From NCBI GenBank assembly GCA_004297215.1, contig SCUM01000001.1, forward strand, positions 417,181-481,180: a DNA stretch of 64,000 nt. The letters are read 5' to 3'. Source of the stretch: Patescibacteria group bacterium (GTDB taxonomy: Bacteria; Patescibacteriota; Patescibacteriia; UBA9934; GWF2-40-263). The notes below the pieces were generated by a model, which saw only the letters and a list, made by a program, of their open reading frames with translations, did no database searches and was not told the origin of the DNA. This document shows positions 35,771-43,923 of this stretch, piece by piece (the first letter of the stretch is position 1; every line of letters begins with the position of its first letter). Both the position numbers and the translations under genes were made by a program.

Positions 35771-38188
35771 TTAGCTCCTCACCACCGCCCCAAACTCCTT
35801 CTCAAGCACCTTCGCGAGCTTCATCATCTCCCCATCCACCTCGGCCGCCTCCAGGGTCTTCTCCATGGAACGGAACGACAGGTGCACCGCCACCGACTTC
35901 TTTCCTTCTTCGACGCCCGTTCCGCGATACACGTCGAACGGTTCCACGGCATGCAAGAGCGGCGACGCGTTCTTCATCTCCCCTTCGATGGTGCCGTACT
36001 CGGTGCGATTGGCGACGACGAACGCGAGGTCACGCTTCACTTCCGGATACGTCGGGATCGCGCGGTAGCTCTTCGCGGTCGAAAGATGCGGGAGCAATGC
36101 CTCGAAGTCGATATCGACAAGGACCGTCCGCACGTCGAGGCCGAACGCCTTGGCGACCGCCGGCGACACCTCGCCGATGGTGCCCATGTGCAGGTGGTCG
36201 TCGATCCAGATTTTCGCCGAACGTCCTGGATGCCAGAACTCATCCGCTTCTCGTTCAAGACGGAAATGGCGGACGCCGTCTTCGCGGAAGAAGCGCTCGA
36301 GGGTGCCTTTGGCTAAACGGAACGCGGCTGCGCCGTCTTTCCCCGTCACGGCGACGACGAGGCGCATGAGGGGCGACGGGATGTCCTTCGCGTTGGGAAG
36401 ATACGCCGGGGCGAGCTCGAACAGCGCCATGTCCGGGAAGCGGCCTTGGTTCGCCTCCACGGTCGTGAGCATGGTCGGGATGAGGCTCGGGCGCATGTAC
36501 TCGTGCTCGGAAGAAAGCGGGTTCGCGATCTTCACGGCCGCTTCGATGGGAATGGAATAGCGCTCCAGTTGCTGGGGCGACATGAACGCGTACGAGTACG
36601 TCTCGGTGAGCCCGGCGGCCTTGAGGATGTCCTTGGTGCGGCGCTCCCAGGCGATCATCGGGTCGAGGGTGGCGTGCGGCAGCTCGCCCTCGGGCAGTTT
36701 GCTTGGGATGTTGGCGTAGCCGTAGATGCGGGCGATTTCCTCCACGAAGTCACGGCTCCCCTCGATGTCGTGGTCGCGCCAGAACGGGACCGTCACCGCA
36801 TACCCGTCCTTGCGCTTCTTTCCGACCATGAATCCGAGGTCCATGAGCATCTTCAGCTGCCTCTTCTCGGGGATCTCCACGCCGATCAGCCGGCTCGCCT
36901 GTTCCGGGTCAAACGGGAACGCTGGAGCCTTGTATGGCGCGGCCCGGTCGCTCCAGATTTTGCTCGCGACCTTTCCGCCGGCGACTTCGAGGATGAGCTC
37001 GACGGCGCGAGCGAGCGTATGGCCCGTCGCTTCGGTGGACAGTCCCTTCTCGAACAACAGTGAAGAGTCCGAGGCGAGGTTAAGGGCGCGACTCGTGCGA
37101 CGGACAGACACCGGGTCGAACGTGGCACTCTCGAGGATGATGCGGGTCGTCGACGCGCTCGTCCCGGTCTCCATCCCGCCCATCACGCCCGCGATGGCCA
37201 CGGGTTTCTTCCCGTCCGCGATCACGAGCATCTTCTCGGTGAGGTCGTAGTCCTTGCCGTCGAGCGCCTTCATGCTCTCGTCTTTCTTGGCACGACGCAC
37301 CACGATCTCTCCCCCTTCAAGTTTGTCCGCATCGAACGCATGCATAGGCTGTCCCAGCTCGTGCAGCACGAGGTTCGTGACGTCCACCACGTTGTTGATG
37401 GGACGATGCCCGGCGAGGAGAAGCTTCTTCTGCAGCCACCATGGCGAAGGGCCGACCGTGACGCCGTCGATGAGGACGGCTTCGTATTTCTTGCAAAGAT
37501 CCCAGTCTTTGACGGAAATCTTAAGGGTTGTAAGGGTTTTAAGGGTGGGAAGGGTGAAGGAGTTTTTATTTATTTGTTTTGCTCCGATCACCGCTGCTCC
37601 TTCGCGAGCTTGTCCGACGATCGATTTGCAGTCCGGGCGGTTCGAGGTTACTTCGATGTCGAATACGACGTCATCGAGCTCAAGCGCCTTTGCGAGCGAC
37701 GTGCCAGCCTTTGCGTTCGTGATCGCGGACAGGTCCCAGATGTCCTGCTCGCCACAGGGCATCTTCTCGAACCCGATCTCCGCGGGAGCGCAGATCATCC
37801 CGTGACTCTTCACGCCGCGCAGTTCGGTCTCCTTGATCGCGACCAGGTCGCCTTGGCCATGCCATCGGACCTTCGAGCCGGGAAGCGCGACGGCGACGCG
37901 CTGCCCTTCCTTGAGGTTCGCCCCGCCGCACACGATCTCGACGGCGCCGCCGGTCCTGAGCGAAGTCGAAGGGCCGATGTCCGTCTGCGCGATGCGCAAC
38001 TTGTCCGCATTCGGATGCGCCTTCACCGCTTTCACGACGCCGACCACCATCTTGTCGAACTTCTCGGCAAGGATTTCCATCCGCTCCACGCCGTTCCCGG
38101 CGGCCGTCGTCTTCTTCGCAAACTCTTCGGCCGACAGGTCGGTCTTCAGGTATTCGCGAATCCAGTTGTACGAAGCGAGGATGTTCAT
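35771..38188 (-). CDS. pheT: Phenylalanine--tRNA ligase beta subunit
   Basis: HPNADKL, IVCGGAN, TSNRPD, PINNVVD, EEIARIYGY, RDLAF. Confidence 0.97.
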   Translation of the reverse strand: MNILASYNWIREYLKTDLSAEEFAKKTTAAGNGVERMEILAEKFDKMVVGVVKAVKAHPNADKLRIAQTDIGPSTSLRTGGAVEIVCGGANLKEGQRVAVALPGSKVRWHGQGDLVAIKETELRGVKSHGMICAPAEIGFEKMPCGEQDIWDLSAITNAKAGTSLAKALELDDVVFDIEVTSNRPDCKSIVGQAREGAAVIGAKQINKNSFTLPTLKTLTTLKISVKDWDLCKKYEAVLIDGVTVGPSPWWLQKKLLLAGHRPINNVVDVTNLVLHELGQPMHAFDADKLEGGEIVVRRAKKDESMKALDGKDYDLTEKMLVIADGKKPVAIAGVMGGMETGTSASTTRIILESATFDPVSVRRTSRALNLASDSSLLFEKGLSTEATGHTLARAVELILEVAGGKVASKIWSDRAAPYKAPAFPFDPEQASRLIGVEIPEKRQLKMLMDLGFMVGKKRKDGYAVTVPFWRDHDIEGSRDFVEEIARIYGYANIPSKLPEGELPHATLDPMIAWERRTKDILKAAGLTETYSYAFMSPQQLERYSIPIEAAVKIANPLSSEHEYMRPSLIPTMLTTVEANQGRFPDMALFELAPAYLPNAKDIPSPLMRLVVAVTGKDGAAAFRLAKGTLERFFREDGVRHFRLEREADEFWHPGRSAKIWIDDHLHMGTIGEVSPAVAKAFGLDVRTVLVDIDFEALLPHLSTAKSYRAIPTYPEVKRDLAFVVANRTEYGTIEGEMKNASPLLHAVEPFDVYRGTGVEEGKKSVAVHLSFRSMEKTLEAAEVDGEMMKLAKVLEKEFGAVVRS
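37521..37572. repeat. In-frame 9-mer array inside pheT
   Basis: TAAGGGTTG TAAGGGTTT TAAGGGTGG GAAGGGTGAAGGAGTTTTTATTTA; encodes NKNSFTLPTLKTLTTLK. Confidence 0.8.
37953..37973. repeat. In-frame CCTGAG..TCGAAGG repeat inside pheT
   Basis: GTCCTGAGCGAAGTCGAAGGG; encodes PSTSLRT. Confidence 0.75.
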
Positions 38189-38196
38189 AGGGCAGG

Positions 38197-38231
38197 AGCC
38201 GTCAGCCATTAGCCGTTAGCCGTTAGCGGCT
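38197..38231. repeat. 7-mer array, left flank of four-helix-bundle gene 2
   Basis: AGCCGTC AGCCATT AGCCGTT AGCCGTT AGCGGCT. Confidence 0.9.
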
Positions 38232-38578
38232 TATGACGTCAGGGCGTTAATCATCCGAAGGATTTCACTCAATAAATCGATTGTCTTTGCCGATTCCAAA
38301 TGCCTGGTTCCTGGCAGTCGTTGCGAAAGAAGGATCTGCGTTTCCAGTTCGGCTGCGGAACCAAAGGCAATTGAAAGGAAGCGGTGAAATTCGTTATCAG
38401 TTCCTCGCATCTTCCCCTCAGCAATATTCGACGGAATGGACACGGCACACCTCCGCATCTGAGACGTCAGTCCGTAAATCTCTTCTTTGGGAAAGTCTTC
38501 CGTCAAACGGTACACCTCTTCAACCAACTCCATCGCCCGTTGCCAGACAATCAACTCTTTATAAGATCCTGTCTTCAT
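38231..38578 (-). CDS. Four helix bundle protein (23S-IVP/bAvd-like family)
   Basis: SYKELIVWQRAM..FPKEEIYGLTSQMRRCAVSIPSNIAEG..GSAAELETQ. Confidence 0.95.
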   Translation of the reverse strand: MKTGSYKELIVWQRAMELVEEVYRLTEDFPKEEIYGLTSQMRRCAVSIPSNIAEGKMRGTDNEFHRFLSIAFGSAAELETQILLSQRLPGTRHLESAKTIDLLSEILRMINALTS

Positions 38579-38580
38579 AC

Positions 38581-38610
38581 CTAACGGCTAATGGCTGACG
38601 GCTAACGGCT
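38581..38610. repeat. 7-mer array, right (inverted) flank of four-helix-bundle gene 2
   Basis: CTAACGG CTAATGG CTGACGG CTAACGG CT; 38581-38603 is the perfect reverse complement of 38197-38219. Confidence 0.9.
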
Positions 38611-38611
38611 C

Positions 38612-39673
38612 TCAGAATTGCTGCACGAACCGCAGGTCGTTCCTATAAAGGATCCTGATGTCATCGATCTTAATCCCCTCCCGCATCATAAGCGTCCGTT
38701 CGACTCCCCAACCGAAGGCGAAGCCGGTGACCTTTTCCGGGTCGAGACCGCCAGCCTTGAGCACGTTCGGATGCACCATGCCGGCGCCGCCGAGCTCGAG
38801 CCAGCCGGTCTTGCACAGGCGGCAGGCTACGTTCTCCTTGCCTCCGCAGTTGTCGCAGGAGATGTCGACCTCGAAGCTCGGCTCCGTGAAGCGGAAGTGA
38901 TGCGGACGAAGGCGAATGGAGCGGCCCTCACCGAAGAAGTTGCGCGCGAAATGGTCGAGCACGCCCTTGAGATGCGCGACGGACAATCCTTCGCCGATCA
39001 TGAGCCCCTCGAACTGGTGGAACATGGGGACGTGCGTGACATCGCTCTGGCGGCGATAGGTCCGGTTGATGTTGATCATCCGGATCGGCAACTTCCCTTT
39101 TTCGATTTCACGGACCTGGCTGTTGCTCGTATGCGGCGTCAGGACGATGCGGCCCAACCTCCCCTCGGAGCACTGCGCGCTGGTCGGGGCGATGAAGAAC
39201 GTTTCCCAGTCGTCGCGCGCGGGATGGTCCTTGGGCATGTTGAGCGACTCGAACGCGTACCAGTCCCAGTCGATCTCGGGCGCGCGCACGCGCGTGAAGC
39301 CGATGCGCGAAAAGATGTCGGTGACCTGCGCGATCGCGGTCGAGACCGGATGCAAGTGCCCTTCGTGCGGCGCGACGCCGGGCTCGGTGACGTCGATCCA
39401 TTCCTTTTCGGCCATCGCCCCGGCTTCGGACGACAGGACGCGCTTTTCGGCCGCGGCGAAGGCTGCCTCCATGGCCTGCTTCACCTCGTTGGCCGTCTTG
39501 CCCGCGAGCTTGCGTTCTTCGTCGGCCAGGCCCGCCATCCGCTTCATGAGCTCGGCCATCTTCCCTTTGCGGCCAAGGAGTTCCACGCGCAAGGCTTCGA
39601 GCGCGTCGCGGTCGGCCGCCTTCTTAAGCGCGGCGAGCGCGTCGGATTTGAGTTTGTCGAATTGAGTCTGCAT
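38612..39673 (-). CDS. pheS: Phenylalanine--tRNA ligase alpha subunit
   Basis: GHLHP, HPARD, FHQFEG, FRFTEPS, GFAFGWGVER. Confidence 0.97.
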   Translation of the reverse strand: MQTQFDKLKSDALAALKKAADRDALEALRVELLGRKGKMAELMKRMAGLADEERKLAGKTANEVKQAMEAAFAAAEKRVLSSEAGAMAEKEWIDVTEPGVAPHEGHLHPVSTAIAQVTDIFSRIGFTRVRAPEIDWDWYAFESLNMPKDHPARDDWETFFIAPTSAQCSEGRLGRIVLTPHTSNSQVREIEKGKLPIRMININRTYRRQSDVTHVPMFHQFEGLMIGEGLSVAHLKGVLDHFARNFFGEGRSIRLRPHHFRFTEPSFEVDISCDNCGGKENVACRLCKTGWLELGGAGMVHPNVLKAGGLDPEKVTGFAFGWGVERTLMMREGIKIDDIRILYRNDLRFVQQF

Positions 39674-39689
39674 ATGTCTCGCGTTCGCG

Positions 39690-39751
39690 AGCCTTTAGCC
39701 GATAGCCGTCAGCCGTCAGCGCTAATGGCTGCTGGCTAATGGCTAATGGCT
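39690..39751. repeat. Gene-less inverted 7-mer-array element
   Basis: (AGCCGTC-like)x4, AGCGCT centre, (AATGGCT-like)x4. Confidence 0.88.
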
Positions 39752-40842
39752 TTTAACATCCCTGCTCCGTATTTCACGATGTCCTGATACGTGACCACGA
39801 GCACGAGCGCCATGAGCGCCACGAAACCGATCGAATGGATGAGCGCCTCGCTGCGCGCGCGCATGGACTGCCCGCGCGCTTTTTCCATGATGAGGAGGAA
39901 GATGCGACCGCCGTCGAGCGCGGGGAGCGGGAGCACGTTCACCACGGCCAGGTTGATGGAAAGGAGCGCCGTGAACTGGAGCAGGTACGTGAACCCGAGC
40001 TGCGCGGCCTGGCCCGTGAGCACCGCGATCCCGACGGGACCGGAGAGGTCCGCGCCGGCGCCGGTGCCGGTGAACAGCCCCTTCACGAGGCCGGCGAACG
40101 ACAGCACCACTTCCTTCGTGTACGTGCCGGTAGCAAGCACGCCTTGCACGAACGCCTGCGGGAGCGGGTACGACACGAGGCCGGTCTTCACGAGGCCGAC
40201 GCCGACGCCGTGGATGCCGGGCGCGGCCGCGAGGTCTTCGCTCGTGAGCGAGACGTTAAAGAACGTCCCGTCGTCGCGGCCGAGCACGAGCAGCACGCCC
40301 TGGTCGCCATGCGCGCCGATATAGGCGCGCGCGGCCTCGGCCGTAAGGAACGGCTCGCCATCCACCGACACGAGCACGTCGCCGGAGCGCACGCCGCCAT
40401 GTTCGGCCGGACTCCCTTTGGCGACGGTCATCACGCGCAGCTCCACGTCGCGCACCTTGGCCGACGCGGGCATGGACTCATCGACGACGCTCGGGAGCCC
40501 GAGCGCGAACCCGGTGGTGATGAGGCCCGCGGCGAGCACGAGGTTCATGGCGACGCCGGCGGCGAGCACGGCAAAACGCCAGGCGCCGCGCTTGCTCGAG
40601 AAGCTCCCCGGGTGGTCGCGGTCACCCCCGCTCTCCCCTTTGATCTTCACGAACCCGCCGAGCGGGATGAGGTTGATGGAGTAGGCGGTGTCGCCCTTCT
40701 TCCAACTCCACAGCCGCGGCGGGAATCCGAACCCGAATTCCTCCACGGTCATGCCGGCCTTCTTGGCCATGATGAAATGCCCTGCCTCGTGCGCGAGCAC
40801 GAGCACGGCAAGGACGGCGAGGAAGATGAGGAGGGTGAGCAT
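39736..40842 (-). CDS. rseP: RIP metalloprotease RseP (site-2 protease with PDZ)
   Basis: HEAGH, PLGGFVKI, GPVGI, NVLPLPALDGG. Confidence 0.95.
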   Translation of the reverse strand: MLTLLIFLAVLAVLVLAHEAGHFIMAKKAGMTVEEFGFGFPPRLWSWKKGDTAYSINLIPLGGFVKIKGESGGDRDHPGSFSSKRGAWRFAVLAAGVAMNLVLAAGLITTGFALGLPSVVDESMPASAKVRDVELRVMTVAKGSPAEHGGVRSGDVLVSVDGEPFLTAEAARAYIGAHGDQGVLLVLGRDDGTFFNVSLTSEDLAAAPGIHGVGVGLVKTGLVSYPLPQAFVQGVLATGTYTKEVVLSFAGLVKGLFTGTGAGADLSGPVGIAVLTGQAAQLGFTYLLQFTALLSINLAVVNVLPLPALDGGRIFLLIMEKARGQSMRARSEALIHSIGFVALMALVLVVTYQDIVKYGAGMLKAISH

Positions 40843-40851
40843 GGCGGAATC

Positions 40852-42222
40852 TTAGGCGTTTTCGATGATTCCGGCAATCTCCTTGAGCCTGGAATCGAGA
40901 TGTTCCTTCGAGGCCGCTTCGGCGTTCACGCGTAACAGCGGTTCGGTGTTGGACTTGCGTACGTTGAACCACCAGTCGGCGAACTCATACCGGGCGCCGT
41001 CGAGCCGGTCGATGGAGACGGCTTCGGATGCGTATTTCGCGTCGAGCGCGGCGAGCGCCTTGTCCTTTTCGCGCGCCTCGAAATTCGTCTCGGGGCTGCG
41101 GGCGTACCGGCGGTATGGCGCGATCAGCTCGGACATCGGCTTCCCGGAATCCGCAAGGGCCTTCAGGACCAGCAGTATCGTGAACTCGCTCGATTCCATC
41201 CCGCCGAACTCCGGGTAGAAGTAGTGCGCGCTCACCTCCCCGCCGATGGCGGCCCTTTCCATTTGCACGCGCCTGATGAAGTTGGTGCGCCCGACTTTTT
41301 CCGACACGGACCTTCCGCCGTGTTCCTTGATCGCGTCGCGCACGGCCCAGCTCGCGTTCGGGCTCCACACCACTGCCTTGCCGGGATGTTCTTTCAGGCG
41401 TAAAGAAGCGAGCAACCCAAGCATCTGGTCGCCGCCGATCGGCTCCCCGTTCTCATCCACGAACCCGATGCGGTCCGCGTCCCCGTCGAAGGCGACGCCA
41501 ATCGCCGCCCCTTCGCGCTTCACCGTCGCGACGAGGTCGCGGAGCGTGTCGAGCTTGATCGGATTCGCTTCATGATTCGGAAACGTCCCGTCCGGCTCGA
41601 AATAGAGCGCCGTGAGCTTCGCGTCGAGCCTCGAAAAAATGTCGGGAAGAATGACGCCAGCCATCCCGTTGCCCGCGTCGACAACGACCTTCATGCCGTT
41701 CAGCTTCGGCATCTGCGCGAGTGCGAACAGACGGGCGAGGTACGGGGGCTTCACGTCGAGATGGGTGACGGGAGGCGATAAGGCCTCAGGCGTGAAGGCC
41801 GCAGCGCTGAGGCCTTGTCCGCCTAAGGCCTTGTCCGCCTCGATCGCCTCACGAATCTCCTCCCCGCTGATCGGCATCGCGTTCCCTCGCGTCATCTTGA
41901 ATCCGTTGTACTCCGGCGGATTGTGCGAAGCTGTCACCATCACCCCTGCCTCATGCTCGGCCCAGTTGAACACCGCGAAGTTGAACATGGGCGTGGTACA
42001 CATCCCGATATCCACCACCTCGGCCCCTTCAGACATCGCCCCGCGCGCCACTTCCGCGGCAAAGCTCGGGCTTGTCGGCCGCATGTCCCGTCCGACGACA
42101 AGCCTCTTGGCCCCCGTGAGACGCACCGTGGCCGCCCCGACGGCGAACGCGAGCTCGTCGCTCAACTGGTCCACGGTGCCGCGCACGTCGTAGGAGCGGA
42201 AAATCTCTGCTGGGAATCGCAT
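40852..42222 (-). CDS. Phosphomannomutase/phosphoglucomutase
   Basis: FRSYDVRG, TASHNP, FDGDADR, GEVSAH, SNTEP. Confidence 0.95.
   Translation of the reverse strand: MRFPAEIFRSYDVRGTVDQLSDELAFAVGAATVRLTGAKRLVVGRDMRPTSPSFAAEVARGAMSEGAEVVDIGMCTTPMFNFAVFNWAEHEAGVMVTASHNPPEYNGFKMTRGNAMPISGEEIREAIEADKALGGQGLSAAAFTPEALSPPVTHLDVKPPYLARLFALAQMPKLNGMKVVVDAGNGMAGVILPDIFSRLDAKLTALYFEPDGTFPNHEANPIKLDTLRDLVATVKREGAAIGVAFDGDADRIGFVDENGEPIGGDQMLGLLASLRLKEHPGKAVVWSPNASWAVRDAIKEHGGRSVSEKVGRTNFIRRVQMERAAIGGEVSAHYFYPEFGGMESSEFTILLVLKALADSGKPMSELIAPYRRYARSPETNFEAREKDKALAALDAKYASEAVSIDRLDGARYEFADWWFNVRKSNTEPLLRVNAEAASKEHLDSRLKEIAGIIENA
41772..41841. repeat. In-frame inverted 16-mer element inside the pmm gene
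   Basis: GAGGCGATAAGGCCTCAGGCGTGAAGGCCGC-AGCGCT-GAGGCCTTGTCCGCCTAAGGCCTTGTCCGCCTC. Confidence 0.75.
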
Positions 42223-42289
42223 AATTGTCGATTGACGGTTTGACGGGAAAACAGTAGCGTTAGTGTATAGAAAACCTAGTAATTTCGCT

Positions 42290-42844
42290 ATGCCTTACCT
42301 CATTTGGATCCCCGCCCTCGTCGTCGTCGCCCTGCTCGCCTGGCTCATCCTCTCCTATAACGGCCTCATCCAGGGCCGAAACCGGGTGGACGAAGCCTGG
42401 TCGGACATCGAGGTGCAGATGAAGCGCCGCTACGACCTCATCCCGAACCTGGTCGAGACCGTGAAAGCGTACGCCAAGCATGAGGACAGCGTGTTCACCA
42501 AGGTCACGCAAGCGCGCTCGGCCGCGATGAACGCCAAGACCCCGGCCGAACATGCGCAGGCCGAGAACATGCTTACCGGCACGCTCAAGTCGCTCTTCGC
42601 CGTGGCCGAGGCCTACCCGGCGCTCCAGGCCGCCGGCAACTTCCTTGACCTGCAGCAGAACCTCACCGATGCCGAGGACAAGATCCAGTCGGCCCGCCGC
42701 TTCTTCAACGGCAACGCGCGCGACTACAACACCTCCCTCCAGTCGTTCCCCACCAATCTCATCGCGAGCGCCTTCGGCTTCAGGAAGCGCGAGTTCTACG
42801 ACGCGCCGGACGTGGCCATGGAAACGCCGGCGGTGAAATTCTAG
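42290..42844 (+). CDS. lemA: LemA family protein
   Basis: AWSDIEVQMKRRYDLIPNLV, EAYPAL, ARRFFN, FPTNLIA. Confidence 0.95.
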   Translation: MPYLIWIPALVVVALLAWLILSYNGLIQGRNRVDEAWSDIEVQMKRRYDLIPNLVETVKAYAKHEDSVFTKVTQARSAAMNAKTPAEHAQAENMLTGTLKSLFAVAEAYPALQAAGNFLDLQQNLTDAEDKIQSARRFFNGNARDYNTSLQSFPTNLIASAFGFRKREFYDAPDVAMETPAVKF

Positions 42845-42944
42845 AAGGTTGGAAGGGTTTGAAAGGTCGGAAGGGTGGTGGAAGTTTTTTCAAAAAAGTT
42901 TCCTACACCCTTCAAACACTTCCCACCCTTCAAACCCTCAACCC
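42845..42944. repeat. Gene-less inverted 9-mer-array element filling the lemA-htpX spacer
   Basis: GAAGGTTGGAAGGGTTTGAAAGGTCGGAAGGGTG ... CACCCTTCAAACACTTCCCACCCTTCAAACCC. Confidence 0.85.
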
Positions 42945-43820
42945 ATGTACTCCGAAATTTCCTCCAACAAGCGCGCCACCGTCCTGCTCATTTCCCTCTA
43001 TGCGGCCATCCTCATCGCGCTCGGATGGGTGGCCGGGGAATATTTCGGCGACCCGTCCACGGGCATCGTGATCGCGACCGTGGTCTCGACCATGATGACG
43101 CTCGTGGGCTATTTCGCCGGCGACAGGATCTCGCTCGCCTCCGCGGGCGCCAAGGAGGTGACCAAGCGCGAGGCGCAGGAGCTCGTGATGATCGTCGAGA
43201 ATCTCGCCATCACCGCGGGACTGCCCACGCCCAGGGTGTTCGTGATCGATGATCCCTCCCCCAACGCCTTTGCCACGGGACGCGACCCGGCTCATGCGTC
43301 GGTGGCCGTAACGACCGGGCTGCTGCGACGGCTCGATCGCGCCGAGCTCGAAGGCGTGCTCGCGCATGAGCTTTCCCACATCGGCAACTATGACATCCGC
43401 GTGATGACGCTCGTGGTGGTGCTCGTGGGCGTGGTCATGCTCCTTTCCGACATGCTCACGCGCGCGCTGTTCCACGGCCGCGACCGCGACGCGCCGGCGG
43501 CGCTCGCCCTCGTAGGCCTCGCGCTCGCCATCCTCTCCCCGCTCTTCGCCGAGCTCATCAAGCTCGCCGTGAGCCGCAAGCGCGAATACCTGGCCGACGC
43601 CTCGGGCGCGATGCTCACCCGCCATCCCGACGGCCTCGCCCGCGCGCTCGAAAAGATCGCCGCGGACGACCTGCCGCTCCAGCGAGCGAACCACGCCACG
43701 GCCCACCTGTTCCTGGCGAACCCCTTCGACCCGCACGTGACGAAGAAATTCGAACGATGGTTTTCCACGCATCCGCCGATAGAAGAGAGGATCAAGCGGC
43801 TGAGGACGATGGGAAACTAG
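42945..43820 (+). CDS. htpX: Zinc metalloprotease HtpX (M48)
   Basis: PNAFATGR, AHELSH, SRKREYLADA, STHPP. Confidence 0.95.
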   Translation: MYSEISSNKRATVLLISLYAAILIALGWVAGEYFGDPSTGIVIATVVSTMMTLVGYFAGDRISLASAGAKEVTKREAQELVMIVENLAITAGLPTPRVFVIDDPSPNAFATGRDPAHASVAVTTGLLRRLDRAELEGVLAHELSHIGNYDIRVMTLVVVLVGVVMLLSDMLTRALFHGRDRDAPAALALVGLALAILSPLFAELIKLAVSRKREYLADASGAMLTRHPDGLARALEKIAADDLPLQRANHATAHLFLANPFDPHVTKKFERWFSTHPPIEERIKRLRTMGN

Positions 43821-43916
43821 GTAGTAAAGGTTGTAAAAGTGGTAAAAGTGAAGGAACACTTTTTAAAGAGAACTCCTACACCCTTACAACCTTTCAAACC
43901 TTTACAACCTTTCAGG
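43820..43916. repeat. Gene-less inverted 9-mer-array element filling the htpX-clpC spacer
   Basis: GTAAAGGTTGTAAAAGTGGTAAAAGTGAAGG ... CACCCTTACAACCTTTCAAACCTTTACAACCTTTC. Confidence 0.85.
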
Positions 43917-43923
43917 TCTTCCT

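Noticed and set aside
35364-38578. Diversity-generating retroelement, suggested by Avd-like proteins
   Set aside because: No reverse transcriptase and no TR/VR pair differing at adenines was seen in the window
42849-42944. N-terminal ORF extensions of htpX, pheT, DUF559 and the 58318 gene in the ORF track
   Set aside because: They are translations of repeat arms; downstream ATGs match family N-termini
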